From: Phoronis australis
Lineage: Eukaryota; Animalia; Phoronida
Length of the DNA stretch: 64,000 bases
Direction: 5' to 3'
NCBI GenBank assembly: GCA_002633005.1
Contig: NMRA01000085.1
Coordinates: 851,252 to 915,251 of the forward strand
Under the pieces are notes generated by a model. That model worked only from the letters and a program-made list of their open reading frames with translations. It did no database searches and was not told where the DNA came from. Below are positions 25,651-38,191 of the stretch, piece after piece; positions within the stretch are counted from its first letter, which is position 1, and each line of letters begins with the position of its first letter. A program made the translations under genes and the position numbers.

Positions 25651-26044
25651 TTTACCGGGTAAAACTGATTGTTTGTTTGTCGCAAGGGGGCGGAGCTTGC
25701 GATAAGTCAATTCTCATAACCTGGCTTGCGTTCAGTAACGCTAGGACCTACGCTAGGACCTGCGTGTATTATCTTACTCAAATGGAGTATATTAGCCTGC
25801 GCGAAAGTACTTCACTTCATGCTTTTTATTCACTTAATTAGACAATGACTACCATCTCTAGCAGTATTAAAATTGATCAGTGATTAAAATTTTACAACTG
25901 TCAACCCACTGGAAAACAAATTATTCTAGGTGACATATCAGTCGTGCTAGTAAAAATTGAAAGCCTTTGTTATTTAAATTTAATTTTAGATGATGAACTG
26001 TAATACTCCACTGAAGAAAGTAACACCAAAGATATTCATATTAT

Positions 26045-26890
26045 GTGGCAAACTGTTATACTCTGACTCTCACGCACACAAAGTTAAAAAAGGCTGCATT
26101 AAAGCAGAGGTACTTGAATTTCTTTGAACTCGTTTACATTCAATTCAACAATGATTTGCTGGACACCAATCCTGTGTTTATCTGCGAATCATGCATTTCG
26201 TTTTGTTTAAAACTCACGCAGCTGCAGAAATCAGCAAGAATGGAAGTCAGCAATCTCCTTGCTCAGTCTGAAGATCGACAGGAGCATGTACTTATTGATT
26301 CGCCATCTGTTTCTAAGAAGAAGCAAACAGGAGTAAAGAGATTGTTAAATTTTGAGTCCTAGTTGACTATGAGCATTCAGTACCTGAGGATTGTCAACAA
26401 TCCAACCCTTTCCTCTCAAACATGTCTAAAGATTCAACTGAACAGATTGATGGAAACTGTTGTTTAAAATCAGTACATCTTTGGATGATATTTGTAAGAC
26501 GTCACGGAGACAAAAGTGTACTTAGACTTCCCATGAGGTAGCTGGATGACAAGCCGCTTCTTTGGAAAATTGTGAAAGAAATGTTAAACCGTCCACATTG
26601 GCTTCCACTTCTGTTACTTTGTGTCATTCACTACATATTGGTATGACCAAGAATGACTTCACTGTGGTCATAATGTATGGGATACATGTTAGATGTTTGC
26701 CCAAAACCCTCAACTCTGTGCTATACAGAGGCTATTGACTGATGCTTGCATTCGTCATCATGCAGGCAATGGTGAAAGTTTGAACATTTTTCGTTGCAAG
26801 AGTTAGGTCACATCTGTAGCTCATAGGTTGTTTTAACATATAATTTTAATCAAAGGTGACAAAGTTGATGATAATTCAAAACACAGAAAT
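26045..26890 (+). pseudogene. Decayed DNA-transposon ORF remnant (zinc-finger-like N-terminus)
   Basis: 105-aa ORF with PVFICESC followed by a helical/basic stretch. Downstream broken frames end in IKGDKVD. Family not determined. Confidence 0.35.
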
Positions 26891-28596
26891 CATTGCTGAA
26901 ATTTATTTTTTTCATCCTGAAATTTGAGGCGTAAGTGATTTTTATATTATATTTTCATACTTTGCAAATTCCTAACGCTGTGTTGTAGCATAGCAGGTTG
27001 CAACAATACTCTTGTACATGTAAGTTCACAAAAAGTGGCTCTCTTGACAAACATTTAAAAAATTATTACGGATCCTCTTGAATTTCTGACAATTGCATGA
27101 ATTTCTAAAAATTGGGACAAGCTTCGACTTTGATCTAAATCATTATTCACTATCCCAAACTTGAGAATGTTTGCGTAATTTATTTTTAAAATTCCGTGTT
27201 TAGTTAACTGTAAAACTGATGGATGACTGCTCTTGTTTATAAGAGGATCTGGTTTAAGAAAAGAGTTTGTAAAAGTGATGACAATATATTGTTTAGTTTT
27301 TGGTCTTAAGTGATGGTGTGGTAGTTTACACCAGATTTACTTTATATCCGTAAAAATGTCAGTGACGAAAGATAGAAATAAAAAGTGACAACAGATATCT
27401 ATAGTCCATTTCAGTTAATGACTCTGAAGCAAATAATAGTGGTAATACTCGTGTGATTAAAGTGTCAGGACATAATGCCTTCGATTTAAAAATCTTGAGG
27501 GGCTCTCTAAATATGCTTAAGGGGGATTTGATTAAAGAATGATATTTTAATTTGTTAGACTGATACATATCAAGGGAACTTGTGCCATAAGATAAAATGT
27601 TATTGTTTACATGTGTCTTGGAAAAGATAAATGGTGTAACGAGACCATGAAACGTTACAATTGTGTCTTTAGCATCTAATGTCAGGAATTACAGGATTAC
27701 TTTTACATAAACATTTGAAATGTTACAGATTTTGGATTTCCTTTATATAGTTAAGGTTGAGAATGGATGCCTACATGATATTCTCTGCACATTTGCCGCT
27801 TTGATAACACTATCACTGTGTGGGTCTTCTTATAGTAGACTGACGTTGTTAACTGTCCTTCGACACGAGTCACTTGTACGTGTAGGAATAGGAGACCTAC
27901 ACAGGATGATACCTTGACTTCAACTCCAACCACACCAAAGGAGTCAAGAAGGGTATAATCAAATGCCTTACATCAAGATCAAAGGAAATCTGCAGTGATA
28001 CAACACTCCAAGCAGAAATGACCAACCTCACGGAGACATTCGAAAGAAATGGCTACCCAAGGGATTTCATCAAGTCGGCTTTAACATCACAGAGGAAAGA
28101 CAAAGTGGCAGAAAAACGCCCACTGCAGACTATGTGCTTACCGTATATATCCAGAATAACCGAGAAGCTAGAACGCACATGTAGAGAATTTAAAATAAGA
28201 ACAGTATACCGCAGCTCAGACACACTGGGTCGGCGATTGACAAAAGTCAAACCAATAACTGACATGGGAAAAAAGAAAAATGTCGTCTATGAAATCCCAT
28301 GTGAATGTGGTGAATCGTATATCGGAGAAACATTAAGACCACTGGAGACAAGAATTGCTGAGCATAAGAGGTGTTGTAGAGACGGTAATACCTCATTAGG
28401 AGTAGCAGAACACATGTGGTCGAAACAACACAACATCCAGTGGAATAACATCCGAATACTTGACAGTGAAACAGGTTGGACCAAGAGAAAGATCAGGGAA
28501 GCCATGTACATGAAAGTACAAGGCAATGTCTTCAGTGACACCTGGCTCAGTCTACTTAGGAAGGTTTAAGTATAATAAAATTCCCTCTAAGTAATT

Positions 28597-28682
28597 GCAT
28601 GACTCGGTGGTATAGTGGTTAAGGTGCTGGACTCGAATTATCTGTAGTTTCAGAAGTCGTGGGTTCAAATCCTGCCTCGTGC
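28597..28682 (+). ncRNA. tRNA-Ser(CGA)-derived sequence (SINE-like Pol III head / tRNA pseudogene)
   Basis: A box TGGTATAGTGG, GGTTAAGGTGCTGGACTCGAA (anticodon CGA), long variable region, B box GGTTCAAATCC. Anticodon and acceptor stems are imperfect. Confidence 0.7.
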
Positions 28683-28704
28683 TCGTTCTTCTAAGAACGC
28701 GGGA

Positions 28705-28762
28705 ACACCTGACGATGGCCGGAGAAGAGACCGTGACAGTGTATGTAGACTAATGTCGGTGT
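28705..28762 (+). ncRNA. Degenerate type I hammerhead ribozyme of the Penelope pLTR
   Basis: ACAC-CTGACGA-TGGCCGG…CCG … GTC-GGTGT. The conserved GAAA box is absent or replaced. Confidence 0.5.
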
Positions 28763-28937
28763 AAATAGACCAAGAGATTTTAATAATAATTGTAATACGC
28801 CACCACCTCAGAGCGGTTTTAGGAAGTCACTTTCCGTCTTCATTACTAAAATCTGGGAGTATACTATCAATTTTTCAGTCATTATAGTGCATGTGAGTTG
28901 TTGAGTGAGACTCGACACTGACGGGTTTCCGTTTCAT

Positions 28938-31900
28938 CACCCCGGCTAACCCGCGATCGAGAACGCCCGGAAGGCGATTGAGAACGAGACCTTGCACCAA
29001 AAATTACGTACCCGGTGTGTTTAAGTATCATTTTCTTCTTAAATAGAGGCTACTTTGGTACGAATGCGACACACAGAAAAGCATCAGAGTGTAGTCTTTG
29101 TTGTGGATCTGAAATTTAATACTTGGCTTTTGCTTATTTTTTAAATAAAGAGCTCAGAAAACGATGGCTTTCGGTAAAATGCCTTGCGCCTCGTAAAATC
29201 GACAATTTCTACTTGTTATTAGCAATTCAAGGGTCTTAGGTAGAGACGTGTGACATTTATAGTTTAATTGTCCCTGGTGACACCTTTGATAGTTATGAAT
29301 TGTGAAACAATTCGAGACATTTACCAATGCAAGCAAGTCCTTGTGTGAGACGGCGATTAGAAACGAAGTCGTTAATTCACTGTGGCGATCGTGAACCCAA
29401 AAAAGCGATCGTGAACGCACATTCTTTTTTCTCTGCATTGGCCTGAATAGTCATTCAAGATACGGTATTATTAAGTCAATAATTCTAGAATAATAAGTAC
29501 CGTAAACTAGTTGATGGGTTGATTAATTATATTTAATGTTTTTTCATGAGTTTTTTGTGAGATTTAGCGTAACAAAAATAACTGAATGCGTTTGATTTTT
29601 TTTTCAGTTGAACTGTAGCCACACGACGTGTCTTTCAGGGTGTTAACGTCCACGCCTTCAAGAAACAGTAGTACAACTGCTGCATGTCACAACGGGGAGT
29701 GTGTGTGTATGTTGTGGAGCTTCGTTCAGGAAGTAAGAAATCGACTTAGTATGACCACATGGCACTAAAACACAGTGACACTACAACAAGCAAGACCTTC
29801 ACCAGCCCTGTGATTGACGTGTTGCATGCGTCAAGTTTTTTTACGGATATAGGAAAACACAACATGAAGCATCGTGCCCAGGAACCAAGTCGATTCAGTG
29901 TCCTATCTGTGTTCAATGTTTCACGGAAAGATCGAGTGAGCCTGACGTGACACATTGGGTCACAGCACGAGGACACCCCTTTTTGTGGTGAATGTGGCAT
30001 GTTATGCAAACAGTGTGCCTCCCTCTACAGGTATAAGAAGCCGAAATGTCTTGAAAGAAATCATTAAGTCCCGTGGTGAAGGTTGGTAAGTCACTATAGT
30101 TTATTTAGATTTAGAGTTTATGGTTGGTAAATGTCTGATGTGATAGCATGCTGACGTTTTGTTTTGAACGTTTTGTCCTCACGTTTCTTTCTATATTTGT
30201 GTTATTTCAAAAGGATCTTTAACAGAACCAGTACATTTTTGTAGTGTTGAGGTTGATTTAAATGGCCATACTAAGTGTCATTAGGTAATACTTACATACA
30301 ATTGTTCTGACCAGTTATTATTTTAAAAGAATTTTAATTCTATGATTATTTTAGAACTTGCTTTTATGTTGTTGTTGATTTCCTGCAAGAGACTATTATA
30401 CTATTGATCAGTCCAAAATGCATTGTCTATGATTCAGTGATCATTTAGTCTAATACATTCCAAAAGTAATTCGTAGGAAATGTTCAAAGGATTGGTAAAG
30501 TTGATTTCCTTAAAGCAACGTTTCATATATTTTTGTATGACCAATTATGATGTATGCGTGAAAAAAGATTAATATAATATTATAATAGAAATGCTATAGT
30601 ATTGTTGATTTCTTGAGTAAATCACTACAATGGGTATAGTTGAAGTGATGTTAAAGACATGTTGACTGCGTTTTGAGAAAACCACAATATAGTATGTGAA
30701 ATTATTACTGTCTCACTCATTTTCAATGTCACATTAAATTGGAGATCATGAACTGAAGAAGCACGGTGAACTTAGGATCAAGACTACAAAACAGAAGAGT
30801 CAAACACAACATACATTCAAGCCACACGAGTGCCACAAGTCAATCTGTTCATCTCTGTATCGGTATTATCTGTAAAACATCGAGCAAAATCCCACCCGTT
30901 TTATCAGCACATCAGTTTACACAACTTTTGGCCAATTTTTAGATCCCAGACGTTTATGAGTGGGAATCTTTGAATCATCTCGTGAATGATGCTGTCACTC
31001 TCTCTCCCCATGGGCAAGCTCATCATCATTCTTCGTCTTCACTGGCTATTTGTTTTTTCCTTTTGCTGTACCAGTTTTGCAAGAAGATTCATCTGCTGCC
31101 ACAATTTATTTACCCCTGGCTGACACGCCACATGTAACAACTCCTGGTTGAGTCTTCAGTTTAGAACCCCTTGTTCCCAGTGGTTTCGTCAAAGTAGATG
31201 TCTGTAAGTCAAAACCCTGCTAGGGTGTACCTTCATGTCACGGGTAACGTGTTCGTTGAAACTTGCCTCACAATAGCAGTGAACTTATTTCCTGAAATAA
31301 AAATAATACATTTGTAAAAAATATCTATAACTAAAATAGTATGCTTTATGTACATGTAATGCTCATGGCGATTTAATGGTTATATGCTATGCTACTGTTT
31401 AGTTTTGATACGAAATTAACTCAGTAATATGAAGCAAAATGTGATTAATTCATTGCACCACACTTACTTTGAAACCTTTTCACGTTTCATAAGTAAAAAG
31501 TTCATATTGTTCGATACACCACGGTGCGTTCCCGATCGCATAAACATACACAAATTTGCGTTTCCGGTCACTTAACTTTGTGTTCTCGATCGCATCTTTC
31601 AACAAAAAAATGTCGAAAAGTCAGAGATCCTGATAAAACTACAAAAAACAAGCGTTGCGTTATATTTTCACCCGTCATTTCTTCACAACTTCATGGTCAA
31701 TTTATTGACTTAGTGCCGAAAATAACTGCAATTTTCCGAAATAACATACAAAACACCGCAGCTCATGCGATACCTCGGTCAACTTTAGTCTAAACCTCTA
31801 CCTGCCCTTCCTCACTGTGTTACGCCTAACTCAAGTCTCTGTTTTCATGACATCGGAAGTGAAAACAAGGAAAATTCATCGAATTTACTCACTTTGCCAG

Positions 31901-31971
31901 GCGTCGTTTCTCACGCCAAATTTCGTTCTCGATCGCCTTCCGTGAGTTCTCGATCGCGGGTTGACGGGGTG
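28938..31971. mobile_element. 3.0-kb non-autonomous DNA transposon with CAC termini, ~50-bp TIRs and 5-bp TSD (Transib/CMC-like)
   Basis: TTCAT|CACCCCGGCTAACCCGCGATCGAGAAC…GTTCTCGATCGCGGGTTGACGGGGTG|TTCAT. Internal Cys-rich exon-like remnant at 29608-30085. Confidence 0.85.
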
Positions 31972-32329
31972 TTCATGGAGTAAAAGCCGCGGACGACAAC
32001 GGGGAGAACGCTGAGTGTGATCTGTTTTTTAAATCAAAATAAGTCACATGTCATAATGTTCACATCCTTTCTATTATCAAACCAAAAACCTTTTTGGCAC
32101 AATTTTGTACCTCGGCCGAGAGCGGAAAATCATCAACTGTTCCCGTCTATTTCCGTGACCTGAGTTCCTGTGTGTCAGTTCAGGAACGATTCCTGCGCCA
32201 TTATTTGTGTTCTTTATTCGTACGTATAATTTGGTACCTTCCCTTCCGGTTGCTGTTCGACGAAATACAGACGTTTATGTTAGCCTAGTCGTCTTTTATT
32301 ATTACCGGCGTAGTGGCAGTAGCAATCGC

Positions 32330-35300
32330 ATGCCCAAAGCACCGAAGCAGTGGTGCTTGACTAAATGTGAAACTATCACCAGTTTTGATAATTGGAAGAA
32401 CAATATAACTTACGTCTTATCCCTAAACCCGAATTTTGCGGTCTTTTTGCAAGCCGGTTATGGGTGGCAAAAAGCCAGAGTCCCCTTGAGGGGTTTAGTT
32501 GACGGTACTGACGCTGTACATTAATCCCAGCGACGCACAGCCGGTCAGAAACTAACCCACTTAAACCTCAACTATTGTCCTGTGATTGCCCGTAGTGCTA
32601 TTGCCAAACAATCCACTTCACTTGCCGGTATAAGGCAACCTATCAGGAGTCATTACGGCTTTCAGACATCTGGAGGACATTTCATTGGTTTTTCTGATAT
32701 TCGCCTCCAACCCGATGAACGCCCAGAAGACCTATATCAGCGAATGATGTCATTCATCGAAGGCAATTTGCTAGGCCTGGACAACAGGTTTCTACATCAT
32801 GGCGTGCTTATCACAGACGAGAAGAGATGTCTCCGACATTAGTGAATTTAGCAGTTCTCACTTGGTTACGTTTGATTCACCCAGGTTTACCTCATCTCGT
32901 CCAACAACGATATGGTCCCGAACTCCGAAGTAAGTCACTTGCATCGATCAAACCGAAAATTTAGCAGTCACTCCAGCCATTGCTTGACGAGTTACAAACA
33001 CTCGAAGATGCCAACGGTCGCGGGCTCTCCCTCACAAGGCAACCTCTGTCCCTCGCTGAAGCCTAGCAAAGTCATGTCCACTTTGTAAACAAACACATCG
33101 CTCCCATTTTGAACACTAATTGTCTCAGTGTCTTTACCTGCCCGCAAAAGACAAACGCTATTTTATGAAGGCTCGTTTCTCCGAAGTTGATGATCCCAGT
33201 CTCTCAGAGTGTACCGACGAGATTTGTAAACCCAAGGAGTCCATAGCGAAGCGAGTACACATTATCCAGTCACCTTTAATCGACGCTGTGTGGCACGATC
33301 AATTGGTACGGCTAACTTTCGATTGTGGTGCTACAGGTTACATGATACAAGAATCTTGTGCCCGATCACTAGGTACACTTGTTGTCCCCAATACACAGTA
33401 TGCTTTCCAAGCTGATGGTGACTCTCCACTCGATGTTGTCGGCGAAACCAAGATAACTTTGATGCTTGATAACCGCAAATTGGTTTTCGAGAGCTGGTCA
33501 TTAAGACACTTGATGTAGACGTCCTTGCTGCCACTCCATTTATGGTGAGAAACAACATCTCCGTGCACCCAGCTAAGAAAGAGGTCGGTGTAGCCGATAT
33601 CTATCGCTATGATCACTCTAAGCCTTTGTCAAGACAGCCACTTGTCCGTAGAACACACGTTATGTGTTCCGTCTTTCAGCTATTGTGATATGGACGGGAA
33701 ACAGCCTCGACATTGAAGTACCTGCTGATTTATTTGGACATAACCAGGAAATAGCGATTGAACCCCGAACAGATTCCCCAAGTGCCCGATTTTGCGACCC
33801 TAGTGACTTGTGGCCCAAACCACAAATCATTATTGCTGACCAGGGCAAGGTAAACCTACTAAATGACACAAATGAACCCGGTTCTTCCGCAAGGACGAAC
33901 ATTTTTGTCAGGTTCACCACGTCTTCACACCTGTACCTGCAATGGTGACACCCGCCCAAACATCCTCACCAACCACGCAGCATGTCCAGCATTTTCACCG
34001 TGCTTCAGTCGATCCCAATGGAGTTTCACCGGATGTCACCCGGAAGGCTTTCGAACGCCTGCATGAGCCCTTTGCTACTATCTTCACCCTCAATTTTACC
34101 GGTTACAATGGATCCGCTGGTCCATTTGAAGCCTCTGTTAACATGAGTCCTACTCAGCCGCCCCAACGCAAGGTTCGTCTACCTTTGTACTCACCGATAA
34201 AGCTCCACAACCTGCAACAGAAGTTTCACGACTCTGAGGAACTGAAGATGTGAAGGTCCAAGTTGAGTATCTCAAGCCGTCCTTCCTGGTTAAAAAGCCC
34301 AGCGGTGGATTTTGACTCGTGACAGCCTTTGCGGATGTTGGAAGATATGGCAAACCCCAACCATCACTCAGCGCCCGATGCAGATTCGGTCCTACGCAAA
34401 ATTGCGCATTGGTGATTTATCGCAAAGACGGACCTCACGAGTGTCTTTATCAAATTCACATGTCTCGTGAGTCCATGAAGTACTGCGGTACTGTGGTAAC
34501 CCCTTCCATGGCATTCGTGTCTATGCCAGATGTACTATGGGGATGCCGGGTTCAGAAACAGCATTAGAAGAGCTTACCTGCCGTGCTCTTTGTAATCTTC
34601 TCGAATAAGGCATCGCAACCAAGTTGGCCGACGACTTGTACTGTGGTGGTCAGACCCCATCTGAGCTACTTACCAATTGGGAACTGGTACTTTCTGCCCT
34701 TGCTAAGTCTGGTCTACATTTGTCTCCTACCAAAACGGTCATTTCCCCCAAGCGCACAACTATCCTGTATTGGATATGGGAAGGTGGCACCCTTCAGGCT
34801 AGCAGTCATCGCATCACTGTCCTTGCTTCGTGCAACAAGCCTACAACCGTGCGTCAGATGCGTTTATTCATTGGCGCCTTCAAGGTCTAGGGTTATCCCT
34901 CATTGCTCCACCTATATGTCTTCACTGGATGATGCTATTTCAGGCAGCGGTTCCAAGGATCCATTGACATGGTCCGATGAATTAGTCAGTGCATTTTCTG
35001 CCGCTCAGAAGGCACTCTCGTCTAACAAGGTCATCACACTCCCCCGGCCTTAGGATAACCATTGGATTGTGACAAACGCCTCTGCCAAGCACCCAGGTTT
35101 AGCAGCCACCCTCTATGTCACGAGGTAATGAAAACTCAAGATTGCTTCCTTCTTCAGTGCCAAGCTTAAGTCCCGCCAAGTACTTTGGCGTCCCTCTGAG
35201 GTTGAAGCTTTGGCAATTGCCTTGGGCTTGAAGCACTTCAGCCCATACTTCATCCAGTCCAAGCATCATGCTACGGTCCTCACTGACAGTAAGCCATGTG

Positions 35301-35551
35301 TACAGGCCTTTGATCGCTTATGTAGAGGTGAATTTTCTTTGAGTCCTCGGGTGTCTACATTTTTGTCAGCTGTATTTCGGTCCCAAGCTACTGTTCTCCA
35401 GGTTTCAGGTGGCGCGAACATCGTAAGCCGATATAGTATTGAGTGTTCAGACATGGCGTGCCAGGTTTGCTCATTCGTGGTCTCTTCCCTCTGATTGTGT
35501 GGTCTTTGGTTCAACCACAGACATCTTATTGGGTGTACCGAGGCTTCCATT
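32330..35551 (+). mobile_element. Decayed Ty3/Gypsy LTR retrotransposon internal region (gag-protease-RT-RNase H), integrase absent
   Basis: MPKAPKQWCLTKCETITSFDNWK (gag), LTFDCGATG (protease), YLKPSFLVKKPSGGF and LADDLYCGG (RT), VLTDSKPCV (RNase H). Many stops and frameshifts. Confidence 0.9.
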
Positions 35552-37039
35552 CACAGTAACTGGTAAACTGAAGTACCGGGAATTCCCCCGGCCTGCAGTC
35601 GCCGTGACACGATCTTTGCCGGAAACTGATAATCACTTGCTAAATTGGCTTTGTTTTTCAATTGTCAGGGAAAATGTTTTCAAATCTCACAAAAACAAAC
35701 TTTCAATATACACCTCTGTTAAATATAAAAATTCCGCGCCGCAAACCGGAGCGGAGGGAGCTGTAGTGAATTTTAGACAATGAGCTAAATGTCGGATATG
35801 GGAAAATATTGCAGTGTTAGGAGCATGACGTAGTGTTTTTGGATCTCTTTGTCACTGGAATTTTACTTATAGTTAATCAATGTTTTTATCTTGCCCCGCT
35901 GAGCACAGATGTCCGCGTGCGCGGCAGGCCAGGCGGTCCGGCTCCGCCTGCTAGCAGCGTATGTTTCTGGCTAAGTGGGAATTATTCCTTTTACTTTAAA
36001 CTTATTAATACTTATATTATATCACTTGGCACCATGGGAAGTTTTCTACCTGAAATTATTTCGCCACTAAATAGTATCGATTCTCTTGGCAGTCAGCCGC
36101 GCCCGGCCGTAGCGAAGTCGCGTCTAAATTTATTTTCCATATTTTAGCAAGTTAAACTGGCACGATTTGTATAGAAAATGTTGACAAAATATGGCAAAAT
36201 AAATTTTGCCGGGCTCGGACCTGCTGCCGATGATCCGGTGGAGACCATTCGAGACCACTCGCACTGACAAAAGACGAAGGCATGCCGTCCGCTGCTGTTT
36301 TATCGGAATAAATGGTTCAAACCATGAATGCCGTATAGATACAAAGATAGTTTCCGACACTTGTATAAAGTTACAACAGAGGCCGACTATGGCGCATGAG
36401 GCTAGGCTAAGCGTGTTTTACCGGGTTTAATTAACAGAACAACGAACCCCCCACATCAAATTATTAAATAAAATTGCTACACAGTTAGAATTATCCTAAC
36501 AGCTAAACTTGCGAAAATATGGAAAATAAACTTAGACGCGACTTAAGGGCCGGGCGGCTGACGAATACGACTTGGTGGCGAAATAACTTCAGGTAGAAAA
36601 TTTGCCTATGGTGACAAAGGAATAATGCCCACTTAGCCAGAAACGTTTTTATGCGCTGCTAGCCGGCGGAACCGCACCGCCTGGCCTGTCGTGCGCCGGC
36701 GGACATCTGTGCTCCGCAGGGCAAGATGAAAACATTAATTACCTAGCCGGACCTGAATGAGTGAAATTCCTGCTCATAACACCGCGATTCCCATCGCCGA
36801 CATTCAGCTCATTGAAAATTCACTACACTCCTCCCTGGCCGCTCCGCCGGGTTTGCGACGCGGAATTTTTATATTTAGACAACAGAGGCATATATTGTAA
36901 GTTTTTTTTGTGAGCTTTAAAATATATATTTACCCTAACAATTGAAAATGAAAGCAATTTTAGCAAGTGATTATCAGTTCCCGGCGAAGAGTCACGGCGA
37001 CTGCAGGCGGCAGAATTATTTCACCGCCGGGTTACTGTG
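35552..37039. mobile_element. 1.5-kb foldback element with ~550-620-bp inverted arms
   Basis: CACAGTAAC…GTTACTGTG termini. The arms share CTGCAGTCGCCGTGAC, ACTGATAATCACTTGCTAAA, GCACAGATGTCCGC and AAGTCGCGTCTAA in inverted orientation. Confidence 0.85.
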
Positions 37040-37157
37040 TCCCGGTAGCAAGCACAGATGTGGAGCTCACTGTTTTGAGATAAAACTTTTGTTTGTCGAA
37101 ATATCGCCGTGTTTTTTTTCTATTTAACTGTAACTGACCTAGCGACATAAATAGACA

Positions 37158-37194
37158 CACGATATTTCGAAACATACTTGTTTATTCTCGAGTG
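37158..37194 (-). ncRNA. Minimal hammerhead ribozyme, mutated core (U4C)
   Basis: Minus strand: CAC-TCGAGAA-T-AAACA-AGTA-TGTTT-C-GAAA-TA-TC-GTG. Confidence 0.6.
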
Positions 37195-37312
37195 AAGATA
37201 AAATGACGCAGTAATGCCACCACAGAGTATAAGCTGACGACACACACAGTGATACACGGAGAGAGTGAAATACTGCAAAGAATGACTAATGAAAGGGGGG
37301 GTAACAGGAAAG

Positions 37313-37835
37313 TCACGCCAACAAGTGTAACGTGCGGCGCCACCCTGTTTGCTGCTCATTCAAAACAGGCTTCTCAAAAGCAATTAAAGGGGACTCTAAT
37401 ACTTTCAAACGCAGCACATCTTGCTCCACGTAGCGGGTTGACGTGTTTTCCACAATTTCTTGACGGGTGATTTTATGTTCGTGACATTGCAGAAAATAAT
37501 CTTGGATGCCGCCATTTTGAAGATGCATGGATAACAGACGGGAATGACTGCAAACCGTTTGACCAATGTAACATTGTTTGACGTTTGAATGAAGACATTC
37601 GTTCATAGGGCACACAAACTCATAAACAACACTACAATGTGCAACAGGGCGGACTTTCGCTTTAGAAATGTCATTTTTCATGACCAAGTTGGAGGACTTC
37701 CTATTCCGATAATAAATAATAACATCGAGGTAATCATCAGGGTTACAAACTTTAACATTATCTCTTATAATTTTCAAAATGGCGTGTTCATCCTGGAGGT
37801 AATTATTAGACACGAAAGAAACTTAGGAATTCGAA
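37313..37835 (-). mobile_element. Penelope-like element GIY-YIG endonuclease fragment (copy 1)
   Basis: VIIYYRNRKSSNLVMKN…VVYEFVCP..C…CYIGQT…H…GGIQDYF…LKVLE..LIA.EKPVLNEQ. Confidence 0.85.
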
Positions 37836-38191
37836 GCGTATGGGATAAATACAAAACGTGCCTCGATTAGCGTAGGTGAAGTAATATCTCACCAGACATT
37901 ATGCGCGGAATAATGTCGCGTGGGATATTACTTCACCTACGCAACTCTCGGTACGTTTTGTGTATTTATTTCAGCATGATATTGACAGCAATACCAGGAT
38001 CCTGATAATACCTTCTCCCTATTATTTTTTAATTCAGATTATTGCTGTATCAGAATCAAACGATGCATGGATGTAGGGGTTATCCAAATTTCTTTATACC
38101 CGCACTTGTTTACGCCATACTTGAAAACGCAACCTTTTCGGTTGATATAGTGTCGAGGGTGCGCATCGTGTAGTATCACGGGTGAGAAACA

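Larger units (their letters stand above)
27816..28790 (+). mobile_element. 5'-truncated Penelope-like retroelement (RT thumb, C-terminal GIY-YIG endonuclease, pLTR) with inverted 5' segment
   Basis: ORF 28018-28569: NGYP, LPYI, VVYEIPCECGESYIGETLRPLETRIAEH, HNIQW, REAMY. Upstream YLDFNSNH…KKGIIKCL. 27816-27892 encodes VTRVEGQLTTSVYYKKTHT on the minus strand. Confidence 0.9.
37131..38175. repeat. ~1.05-kb direct duplication, copy 1 (Penelope 3' fragment plus palindromic MITE)
   Basis: Nearly identical to 39493-40570, apart from small indels. Confidence 0.9.

Noticed and set aside
28597-28682. Functional tRNA-Ser gene
   Set aside because: The anticodon and acceptor stems do not pair properly and it is embedded in a retroelement, so it is treated as tRNA-derived.
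37234-37272. Plus-strand CTGACGA…GAAA hammerhead (also CTGATGA at ~39611)
   Set aside because: No credible stems I-III, and it is antisense to the PLE. The C/T difference is explained by CpG decay.
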